From the NCBI GenBank assembly GCA_000934665.2, contig KZ538042.1, positions 124,001 to 178,253 of the forward strand: DNA of 54,253 bases, read 5' to 3'. Below are positions 35,410 to 45,563 of the stretch, piece by piece. Every line of letters begins with the position of its first letter. Position 1 is the stretch's first letter. The DNA comes from Catajapyx aquilonaris. Taxonomy: Eukaryota. The notes under the pieces were generated by a model. It was not told where the DNA came from, ran no database searches, and was given only the letters and a program-made list of their open reading frames with translations. A program made the translations under genes and the position numbers.

Positions 35410-36828
35410 AGATTTTGAGCAAATATATCCCAAAGTTTTTGAACAAAAAAAAATCAGTTCCCATTTCTTTTATATGCAATATTATTGGGATCACTTTTTT
35501 CCGATTTTTGTAGCCACACCCTGTAGCGCTATTTGGACAGCTTTGGGCCAACTTTTTGAGTCCCCCTGCCGTAGCTGGCTGTCTCTTGAATGGCCCCCTG
35601 TCGCGCTTGATATTGATTGGCCGAAGCCAGCCGGATTATGCTGGGATAATGTTATATCCAGTGGTTATGCTGTTTGTGCCTTGCTTTGATCCCCACCCTG
35701 TACCCCTCCGACGCCAGTCAGTAATGAGGCAGCGTTCATGTAGTGTACTGCTTGCCCTATGTACTTTTGCTTATTTATTAACCCTCGACGCTGGAAAATG
35801 CGTAGCGTTATGGCCGGCCCTGGTCCTGTAGCCCCAAAACTTGAGCTTGCAAATATGCGAATGAGGAGGGGCGTGTTGTTATGAAAATAAGGTGATAAAA
35901 GTTCATGACGCTTGGGATTTCTCCAGGGTGGGGCGGGGGACAGGTGTATTTTTTTTGTTACATTTTTTTTTTTTTTTTAAACGGCCTGTGGATGGTCCCT
36001 TCCCTCCCCCCCAAAAATGTGTTCCGCATTGCCAGCTGCTGGGGGGTAAAAATGCTGGAAGCGTGATGAAAACATGACTCAACTGACTCGCACTGACCTG
36101 CTCTGAATTCATGCCACATTCGGCCCACCCAAAATGAATACTACCCCCAAAAAAAATCCTCCTCCTCCTCCCCCCCAGTAGCATGAGCAGAAGGAACCAA
36201 GCCATGGCCGCACCAGTTAATTTCACGCCATTTCCTACACAGTATAGGTTACGCCTTGTCGAGCATGTGAAGGAGTCACCTGCTGCTATTTTGTCTCTTC
36301 TTTTGTTGTTTTCCGACCTCCTTTTCTTTCTTCCTCTGTGCCTGTGGGTGTGCAATTATTTTCTGCAAAATCTTAGGGTTTTTCGGGGGAGAGAGGGGGT
36401 GAAGGGAAGGGAGGCAGGGAATGGAGGGGGAAGAAGGATCAATGCTTGGTTGGTTGGCGTCACAGGCTCACAGGGTTATATCTCGACTGTGGGGGGAATA
36501 AAGCGAGGATTCCGCTAGATTACCTTTTCGGGATGTTCGCATGCACTTTTGATGGCGGCGTCCTACTTACAACCGTCACGGAAACAATCCCAATCCTCCT
36601 CCTCCTCTAGCTCTCTTTTCTTTTTTTATTTCCAACCGACGTGTGAATTCGCCAACACGACTCATTCCGACGGGCTTTCAAGCCGAACCTCCCATTTTGC
36701 TTTATATTCGCCTATTCTGCTCTTTAAAAAGGCTTGTATTTCCAACCCTCGCTATTCGGTAGTGCCAATGACAAAAATTGATCAGGGTGATTGATAAATA
36801 GTAAAATAAATATGCGCCGCAATTTCCT

Positions 36829-37013
36829 CGGATGAGAAACCAAATTTTATTTAACAAAATGGTTATTTAGACTCAAATAACTGCAATTTTCGGACTTCTC
36901 TCTATAAATCAGCGGCCCTTACGACGTCAAGTTTCAATCCTCTCAGTACTCCGGAAGTGGGTTGGGTAGCGGTACCCAACCCACTTCCGGAGTAGTTTAT
37001 ATATAATGTAGGA
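36829..37013 (-). mobile_element. Helitron family D, 5' part
   Basis: Minus-strand 5' end A|TCCTACATTATATATAAA. GACTCAAATAACTGCAATTTTCGGACT...TAAATCAGCGGC...ACGTCAAGTTTC matches 50985-51057. Confidence 0.7.
36947..36994. repeat. Perfect 22-bp-arm hairpin with 4-nt loop
   Basis: TACTCCGGAAGTGGGTTGGGTA-GCGG-TACCCAACCCACTTCCGGAGTA. Confidence 0.98.
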
Positions 37014-37679
37014 TTTTTGCGACCAATCTATTTGCGAAAATGTGACTTACGTTGGTTTACGGAGGGAAATGGGCTGAGTTGGTAATATCATATCCGGAGG
37101 AAAGAGAGAAGAGACTAATAATAAACAGCGGGCTGGGTTTTGCGGGGGTTTTCATCTGCGGAGGAGGTGAAATTAATGTCGGAGTCGATCTTATTAGCGC
37201 TATCGGTTTCGCATAAACATTTTGGGCCAGGGCCTGTTTGCGAAGAGATAAGCCTCCCCATCCACCCACCCCCACTGCGACAATATTGTTCTGCGGAACG
37301 GGGGTATAGGCAGCAGGGAATCTGTCCAATTAGAGAGGACCTCTCCTCTCTTTTTTTCGCAGAAAATCGCAGCTTGTGAAAAATAGAGAGGGGTCGGGAC
37401 AGGGGCTCGCAAATTGAAAGTGCGCGAATTTTTGCAGGTGAGGAGAGCCAGCTATAGTCAGAAACCTGCTGAAAATAGGTTACCAGCTAAAAACGCTTAT
37501 TTGAAGTTTACCTGTGGACGTAATACGATATGGCTCACATATATGGCGCACTTCTTATGACTCACCGCGGACAAACCCAAGCCAATTCTGTTAGTTTTTT
37601 CCCCCATCAACTTCTGATATGCAGGACCGTGAGAGTATGTGCTAATGTGCCAATTTTTTTTTTGAAAAGCAGAAACAAT

Positions 37680-37778
37680 GGGTGGAATTTTCGTCCCACT
37701 GCTAGTTACTCCTAACTTAGCAGTAACCATCCCCGACACCGGTTAGCAGTAACTAGCACTGGGACGAAAATTCCGCCT
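37680..37778. mobile_element. MITE, same family as 23737-23853
   Basis: GGGTGGAATTTTCGTCCCA...TGCTAGTTACT pairs with AGTAACTAGCA...TGGGACGAAAATTCCGCC. It shares the internal CTAACTTAGCAGTA. TSD not preserved. Confidence 0.85.
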
Positions 37779-38553
37779 ACTATTTTAATCGTTACTGTGT
37801 GGTGCGAATGCAGCAACGTTTGTTTTAGAAGCGAGAAAAAGCCAGGTGCAAATTGCAGATTCGCAATTTTCGTAAGGAAATAAATATTTAGAGTTTGTAT
37901 ATATAGTTAATGCGCAACATGGTCCGGCTTCTGTTGGCAGTTTCAAATTGTGTATATTCTCTATGCAAAACTGATCTACGCGCGAGGGCTTTCCAACAAT
38001 GGGCGGCGAGGGTACAGTGCACTTAAATCTGTTTTGCTTAATGAACACAGTTTTGTGTATGTTTTGCATGCATTGCTGGAGTCCTGCACCTCCCGGACAC
38101 TGTATATACAGTAACGTATATGGAATAAGCTAGCAAGTACTCAGTTTATGGCGAGTTTGCATTATACTTGCGGGCACGTTTAGGTCGTCGACATAACATA
38201 TATGGCAATGCACCGTGGCCACTTCCAAGTGGAAGGAAGTGCATTCCCTCAGCAACAATATAGGAAAAAAGGAAGCAACAATCGCACCCTATAGAGTGCG
38301 CAAGCGTGAACTGTAGGGATTGCAACACAAAACGATTTCAATTAGAGATGAATTGTCTCGTGGACGTCGTGGAGGGTATGATCTCGAGTCAAGGTCAGCT
38401 AATCAGGGTGTTAATAAAGTGGGCGCTTGTTGTCTCATTACGCTGTCAACTCGTGTAATTGAACGAGCCCTTAAGAACCCCGGGTCTTTCAAGACACTCC
38501 ACAACACATCAGGCATTATCGCATAAACTACGACTAACTTTGGACCAAATGTT

Positions 38554-38973
38554 TCGAAAACAACTGAAAGGGCCACTCCACTCAACAAAACACAATTTTG
38601 GTTCTAAAAATCGGGCAAAAAATCCCGAATCCGACGGTGCAATTCGTTTTTCGCTAGGCGGAACGGTAATCCCAGGGCGAGGCGTCAAAGTGTGTCGTCT
38701 GCTAATGAGCGGCGCCGCCACTCGGGGAACAGGGGAACTGGAGGGCTGCACCTCTCTGGGATGGGCCTAAGCGCGCGGGCAGGCGGGAGCAGCCCTCCAG
38801 TTCCCAAGGTCCCGAGGGCGTCGCTGGCGGACGGCCACACTTTGACCCCTCGCCCTGGGATTACCGTTCCCCGTAGCGAAAAACTGATTGCACCTTCGGA
38901 TTCAGAATTTTTTGCCCAATTTTTACAGCCAAACTTGTTTTTTGAGTGGAGTGTCGCATTAAGTTGTTTTCGA
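38554..38973. mobile_element. ~420-bp palindromic MITE with ~190-bp arms
   Basis: TCGAAAACAACT..CACTCCACTCAA, GAATCCGA.GGTGCAAT, TTTTTCGCTA, GGAACGGTAATCCCAGGGCGAGG and GGGAACTGGAGGGCTGC are all mirrored in order on the right side. Superfamily unresolved. Confidence 0.9.
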
Positions 38974-41211
38974 TACCCTGATTCAAATGATTTGATGATG
39001 TTTAAAGAGTCTCTATACCTGCCCCCGTTTGATGACGTAGAAAGGACAGTGTGCCAGATGAAGCAGCATCCAGTTCACCTGGTAACCCCTGCATCAAACA
39101 CGCGCATTGTGATGATCCACCAGTTTTTCCTTACCCTTTTGTTTGACCGCAAATGGTGTGATGAAGCACTACAGCTAGAGGCCCTCGTCAAAGGGTAGTT
39201 TAAGCCTTATTCCGACCTCTTTTTCGGGCAAAAAGTTGGCAGGTCTTCCCTTTTTTAAGTAATTCCGTGTTTTTTTCATATGTAGGTGCGGTTTTTATAT
39301 GCGATTTTTTCGCGGATTATGTGCAAGGAGAGGAGATGTGGCGTAGCTTTGAGCTTGCGAATGGTGGTTTTTGGAGTGCTCCCCACGAAAAGTGTTTTTC
39401 AGAAACTGGAGGTCTGCTGGAAAACACTTGGGCAGCAGTGTGTTGCTGGTTTGGTGCACCTCTGAAGGATCACGCTCCCTCTAGTCATCATCGGGAGGGG
39501 ACCAAAGGAAAGGAGGGTTTTTTTTATGATTATTTTCAAAGGCGCCAAGAGGCTGTTTGGAAGCCGCAAACTCGGGGGTTAATAAAATTTCAACCCATTC
39601 TTTCGGATGGATGAAAAAAGGAGGCAGCCGCCCGAAGCTAACCCCTGGAATAACACGTAAAAAAATAGAAAGAGTAGGGGGGAATGAAACGCTGTATCTC
39701 TGCATTATAAGCACTTGATACAGTTACCTCAATAAAGGAAGCGATCCCCCCATTTCCCTTTACAAAAAAAATAGAGTGGAGGGTGTGACATGGGATTGCT
39801 TTAGGAAGCATTAGTTTGAAGCCTTGCCTACCTTTTTTGTGTGTTCATCTGGTGCAAAAATCCATCAGAGGAAAAATAGAAGGCTGCATTTTAGTGTGCG
39901 CTGTTGGGGAAAAATTCCTTTTTTTCACTCTTTTTTTATTGCATTTTTTTTTCGGAGGGGGAGATGTTTAGTAATGTTTGGGTGAGAGAGAGGGGTGGTA
40001 TCGGAGCTGGTTTAGCTCAGAGCACACGGGGGCCGCCCTCGTATGTAATGCTGGCACAATAATACCTGAATAGTGCATTAGGGAAGCGCAACCCATTATT
40101 TTACGCCCCTTTTGCCCCATTCAGGTCCCAGGTCCTGGCACAATTCGCTCCCAAAAAATATATGCGCGGGAGGGGGTTGACACCCACGCCCCCAGTCCTC
40201 TAACTGCTTTTTAAAAACTAAATGACACGGGAGGGAAAGATATTTTTTTTTAAATAATAACAGCCGACTGTAATCAAGCCTGATGGGCAACTTCGAACGC
40301 GCCCGTTTACTCCACCTGGCAACATTGACTGGAATAGTCGACAGAAAATCCTGCCTTTCTGGTCCCTTGTGAATCTTCGGGATGAAATGTGGCAGAGCAT
40401 TTTTAAATGTTACTAATGGTGCAAATTACTCAAAACCACGCTTAAAATTTGGCTGTTACTTTGTATTTAGTTTTATTCGTAAAATACCATTATTACCCTT
40501 ATTACATATTTTTGCACGAACGTTCTCGGAAGTTTGATTTTTTAAGGCGCCGAATATTCGAGAGTGAATAATTAAGTATGTTCGCAACAAGTATTATTAG
40601 TGCAGTATGCTCGAGTAGCTAGTAAGAGCGGCTATTTTTCTATTGCTATCAGCCGCTAGTCGGATGGATTTTATCTTCCTAACCTAGCATTAGACATTAA
40701 GCTAGTACAGCAGCGGGTTTTGTAGTCCTTTGTTGTAAGCAGGTGCTACTAATTACGGCGGAAGGACAGAAAACCCAGCCCAACTTGACAAGGGGCCCAG
40801 TGGTCCGAGTGGTTGGGGGGGTTTTTTATGGGCACCGTTTGAATCTACTTGTTGCTTTGGATAGATAATTGGCAGTGTCGTACACGTTCTTTACACATGC
40901 AATCCGCCAGCTTATGCCCCTGTCATTCCCAAAAATGGCATCACCCCCACTGAACGTCACCGGCACGTGACTCCCGCGATTTTCGGATGCGTCCCCCGTT
41001 TTTGGGGTCGGTTCGATAAAAGCCTTCCCATCCTCCCAACCACCCCCACCCCACCCTAAAGTTCAGTCGACTGAAGCTCGTCGGCGAAACTGGGTGTTTG
41101 ACTAATTAAGCATACGTTTTACGACTAATTAAATATCCCAGGAACATTCGCCGTGAAAGTCAAACGCTGTAAATTATTTCGAGACCGTTAGGAAGGGGGG
41201 GGGGGGGGGTG

Positions 41212-41372
41212 NNNNNNNNNNNNNNNNNNNNNNNNNNNNNNNNNNNNNNNNNNNNNNNNNNNNNNNNNNNNNNNNNNNNNNNNNNNNNNNNNNNNNNNNN
41301 NNNNNNNNNNNNNNNNNNNNNNNNNNNNNNNNNNNNNNNNNNNNNNNNNNNNNNNNNNNNNNNNNNNNNNNN
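41212..41372. other. Assembly gap (N run) between poly-G and poly-C tracts
   Basis: Ns in the sequence. Smaller N runs at homopolymers occur at 6300-6310 and elsewhere. Confidence 1.
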
Positions 41373-42078
41373 CCCCCCCCCCCCCCCCCTTCCGAAATTT
41401 TAGGATCCACCCTGAAAAGCCATTTCGTGTCCCTCAAAAAAAATGGCGATTACACAAAAAGCGGTTATGAACCGAGAAGGATTATCAGCTTCCATCTATC
41501 TGTGGCCTGGCCAAAATATTCCTCCGCCGAAAATTTAGATGCCGCAACTACCCACGTCTCCTCTGGTGTACCCTCCCCTCCCACTGCTCTTTAGCATGAT
41601 AATGACGTCATCTGCATTCAGGCCGGCAGAGCGCGTATTGGAATAGTCGGAGGCCCCCCCTTTCCGGATATCAGATCGGGTTAAAACAACACGCTCCAAA
41701 TGTGCCTGTCGAGTTTCCGGGAGGTAACCCGGATTAATTGCCACCCACCAAACCCACCCACTTACAACACGCACACACGCCATACGTGGTTTTAACCCCT
41801 TATTGCTCAGCCCGTCTTCTCCGATACTTTTTTTCTCTATTCTCTTCTTTCGCCTCGTGTTTCGCAAATTTAATCCGGATGGTCCTACCTCCCCCCTTGG
41901 GAGACAAAAGCCTCGTTTCATTTGCATTCCATTGGCCAAACACTTTGCCTCATTGATGCCTTTTAACCATTGTGCCGACTAGGGCTAACTGGCTGGAAAT
42001 TACCGGAGGAAGAGAATTGCTGAAAGACAATGCGCACGCCCAGCCATGTACCGTATACACCCGGATAGTTAACGGCAG

Positions 42079-42215
42079 GACTTGCCCAACTTTTCTCTAA
42101 GACTTAGAGAAAAAGTCTAATAATTTGGGCAAGTCAATGCTCGTCAATGCTCGTCAATCGAGCAAAAGTTGACTCCAGATATAACAGACTTCAAGTGACC
42201 GTGGTCTGTTATATC
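42079..42215. repeat. Cluster of small hairpins and a 10-bp tandem repeat (probable MITE remnant)
   Basis: GACTTGCCCAA...TTGGGCAAGTC encloses TTTTCTCTAAG-A-CTTAGAGAAAA. GTCAATGCTC occurs twice. GATATAACAGAC...GTCTGTTATATC forms a further hairpin. AATCGAGCAAAAGTTGAC also occurs inverted at ~7700-7719. Confidence 0.7.
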
Positions 42216-42961
42216 CACTCCATTAGTACCGCACGAGTATAGCACGGAACAATAATTTGTTTTGCAGTTATTTCTAGATCGCACTGACGCGAAAGTGTGA
42301 GAAACGAGCATTTTTCAGCCCCTTATCGCGTTTGAACAAATCGCTGCTTATGAATAGCTTGCCCAAACATTGCAGAACTGTAGCGTCCCATGCTTAGTTT
42401 ACTCCACAAAATTCCGGCCGACTTTTCGACTTGTAGCTTCCATGGAATTGCGATACATGAACCGAACGTAAATTCCAAAACAGCGCGTACCTTTTTTTTT
42501 TGCGTTATTTACTTTTTTTTGCAGATGAAGAAGACCTGTCTGGCTGATTGGCCTGAGCGTCTCCGATAAGGCTTTGTGTTTGTCAGCAAGACGAGCGAAA
42601 AATATTGGGTGCTAGGCTGAAAATGCATCATCGTCACCCCCTTTTTTCCTTTCCCTCTATCGTCGACGTCTTGGGCCAAATCCGGGCAGCTCACCTGCTG
42701 CTTTTAGGGCCGACATGCGTCAACCCCCGAGACGTGTCCTATCAAACGGGACGTCCACAACCGCCTCTCTTTAATCTCACCTGTTTCCTCCTATCGCCCG
42801 AGCAGGTATAGCCTTTTAATCACAGCTACCCAGTCTGGATACAGTCATGCTCAACTCTAAAAGAGCCAAACAAGAAGAGGATACAGCATGCGACACTTCC
42901 ATCGCTATACTCGGTGAAGTCTCGATGTTTAAATTTAAAAATGTGCGGCTTATTTTAGACA

Positions 42962-43540
42962 TTTTCTCTGCAAAAAAAGAGTATTAAGGCCTGTTTACAC
43001 CCTCACGATTTGAGCCTCGGTCGCACGACTAGACAGCGTCTGGTCGTGCGACCGAGGCTCAAATCGCGAGGGCGTCGTGAACAGGCCTTTACAGAACGGC
43101 CCTGTCCGTATGTCGTCCGTGGACAGGGATCAGGTCTTAAACCGCAGGAGATAGCGACAAACGGTTTTCGGATTCGGATTCAGCGTGACAAAAATAGGTT
43201 CCAAGATCAACTTCCGGTTTTCCGGGTTCACTTTATCCGCCATGGTCGAGTCTACATGCTTTAGAAATTATTTAGGTTATGGCGACGGGAAATGAGACTG
43301 ACAACATTCCAAGTCATTGTTGTCCAATTTGAATTTCATTGGCAATGAGAAAAGGTCTACTCGAATCACGCTCCGGGTTTCAAGGTCAAGTCCACATGCT
43401 TTGGATATCATTCAGATTGCTTCTTGTCGACGAGAAATGAGACTGACACCATTCCATGTCAATGTTGTCCAATTAGAATTACCTTGGCAATGATAAAAAG
43501 AATACTCGAATCACGTTCGTGTGATTTGCCAGTGTTGTTT
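42962..43540 (+). mobile_element. HINE family A copy 7, with Harbinger MITE insertion and duplicated 3' half
   Basis: Family A body follows 43091. The block GGTC.AGTC.ACATGCTTT...GAAATGAGACTGACA...AATGA.AAAA...TACTCGAATCACG occurs twice (~43243-43371 and ~43383-43516). Confidence 0.88.
42987..43088. mobile_element. PIF/Harbinger-type MITE (family H1), minimal 102-bp form, TTA TSD
   Basis: AGGCCTGTTTACACCCTCACGATTTGAGCCTCGGTCGCACGAC is mirrored at the right end. TTA lies at 42984-42986 and 43089-43091. Confidence 0.92.
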
Positions 43541-44844
43541 TAAATGTAAAGACCGATTCAGGTGTTTCCGGAGTGATGGAAGTGTCGTACGATGTATCCG
43601 CTTCATGCTATAGCATCCGTGTGAATCCTTATGAAACACCCAGTATATAGTCTGTGTTATTATTTTGGCAGCCTCTGGAAGACATTTTCCCAGCTCTTTT
43701 CGGTTGGTGCGACCCCGTCATGGGGTTGTGTATACAAAAGCATAGCTCGAACCCGGAATGAATTTTTTAAAGGTTGTATGGGCTCCTCCTTCGCTGCGAG
43801 TTTTTCATTTGAAAGGAGCCTCGATATTAATTTTCCATGGCTGCGGAAATAAATGTAGCATGCAGAAAACTAGTTCCGGGGGGGCCTGCCAGCTATGTGT
43901 GTGTACAGTCCCGTTTAATAACCGTTTTGGAAATAAAAGGGGGGGAAAAGGAGAGAGAGCTAAAAAAAAATAATCATAAAAAAAGTAGGCCAGCTGAAAA
44001 TGAGAGTTGTAGTCGGCTTATTTTGGAACGGAAAAAAAATAGTTGAAATGTCCCCTTTTTGGTTAGCGATTTTTAACACTAAATGCTGATTAGGCATGTC
44101 GACGTGGCTGCCTTTTAATATTTCAAATATTAGCTGCTGATATTCGTACATGTAAACCCATCATTTTTTTATTTTTAAAAATGCGATCTTGCGAGCCTAC
44201 AAAATTGACATAAAATATAGAGCGCATATTGTAGCATAATAAAATGCTAAAAGTTATTAAAAATATTAAACGAAAAGTGTCGAAAGGTTGCGTTGCAGTG
44301 TTTTTGCACAATTTTAGCTAGCGTTTGTTTGCAGATTCCAGGTTTTCTCTCATCTATCCTATCATCAGAGATGAAAGCTGAAATTCTGTAATTTTTTTTT
44401 TTTCGTTTTTAACTGGCACACGCCGCATTACAAGAGGGCAGTACTTTTTGATTCAATTTCATTCGCCAAAATGAGACCACAGTACACATATGGGACCTGT
44501 CATTATTCCAGTAAATGTTTACAAAAAATTAATGCCATAACCGAAGTTACGAGAGTTGCAAATACAGTATATAGTACGAAGGTTATATTCATATCGCAAC
44601 AAGCAGCGCCTTATTCTTCGTAGATTTTGCAAATTAATGAGTATGCCGCCATGGGGAGTACAGAGTGTCGCTCATTATTAGAGAATAATGCAAAAATGAA
44701 ACTAAGTTTCCAGTGCTTAATGAGTTTTGTGGCCAATTAAAACTATTATCAGTCTGCAAGATTCCAGTATTCCGACATTGGTGTCTCTTTTTATCCTGTA
44801 ATTTAACAAACTCTAATTAGTATGATCTCTGTACGCTGTAATAA

Positions 44845-45122
44845 CGGCCTTGGTGGACTAGTGGTTAGCGCGCTCGCCTCTGGTCCCAAGGTTGTGGGTT
44901 CGAACCCGGCCAAGGTCGGTGACTTTTCTCCGGGTGGTAGAAAAGTGAGAGTGCGCCTTCCTTCGGAGGGGAAGTAAAGCCGTCGGTCCCGTGTGCTTGA
45001 GACATTGCGCGAGTGCACGTTAAAGATCCCCAGAGTGGTCAAATTTCCAGGAGGAGGACCACCCCCTGGCGTCGGTGTTGAGCCTTAGAGGCAGAAATAG
45101 GCCGACGTTAAGCCCCACTGAA
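44845..45122 (+). mobile_element. tRNA-derived SINE, family S2 (Ruka-like, probable Nin-type central domain)
   Basis: A-box-like TGGACTAGTGGTTA and B-box GGTTCGAACCC. Body CCTTCGGAGGGGAAGTAAAGCCGTCGGTCCCGTGTGCT...GTGCACGTTAAAGATCCCCAG...GTGGTC-AAATTTCC and tail GACGTTAAGCCCCAC resemble the tick SINE Ruka as I recall it. 16-bp TSD CTGTACGCTGTAATAA / CTGTAGGCTGTAATGA. Confidence 0.9.
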
Positions 45123-45334
45123 CTGTAGGCTGTAATGAGGTTTTTGCACACGTATTGTCTACAAAGAAAATTCGTGCCATAGCGATGTACAATTAGCATT
45201 TCTTGCACTGTATTACAATAATGAGTAGTTTGTTCTAGCATGTTCTCGTCTAGCTCTATTGCTGTATACTGTGTGATTCATAATTTAGCTAACATGCTTA
45301 TCGGATCTGTTGTCTCGCTCCAGTCGCGCATGCT

Positions 45335-45563
45335 TCCGAAGCAGGTTGGCATAGTGGATAGGGCGTCCGACTGCTAATCGGGAGGTCCTGGGTTCGAATC
45401 CCGGGGCCGGCAACCCTGACTGTGGTTTTCTGTGGTTTTCCACGGTCTTTCTAGGATAATTCCGGGATCGCTTCCGTGTAATAGGCCACAGCCGCTTCCT
45501 TCCTTCCCTATCCTTGGAGGTTGAAAGGCAATGCTGGGCCAACCTCCTTAATATCAATTATAA
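45335..45563 (+). mobile_element. tRNA-derived SINE, family S1
   Basis: TGGCATAGTGG A-box and GGTTCGAATCC B-box. Perfect 13-bp TSD AGTCGCGCATGCT at 45322-45334 and 45564-45576. AT-rich tail. Confidence 0.92.

Noticed and set aside
41195..41390. Poly-G / poly-C inverted structure around the gap
   Set aside because: The interior is unsequenced and homopolymer-bounded gaps are typical assembly artefacts.
42490..42570. Strong splice-acceptor-like site (T-rich tract + GCAG at 42524) followed by ATG
   Set aside because: The ATG frame stops after 14 codons and no convincing donor is nearby. It cannot be supported without RNA data.
44845..45415. tRNA genes at ~44846-44915 and ~45340-45412 (also ~27530-27600)
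   Set aside because: A/B boxes are present, but acceptor stems are poor and each continues into a SINE body bounded by TSDs. tRNAscan-SE would be expected to score them as pseudo or low.
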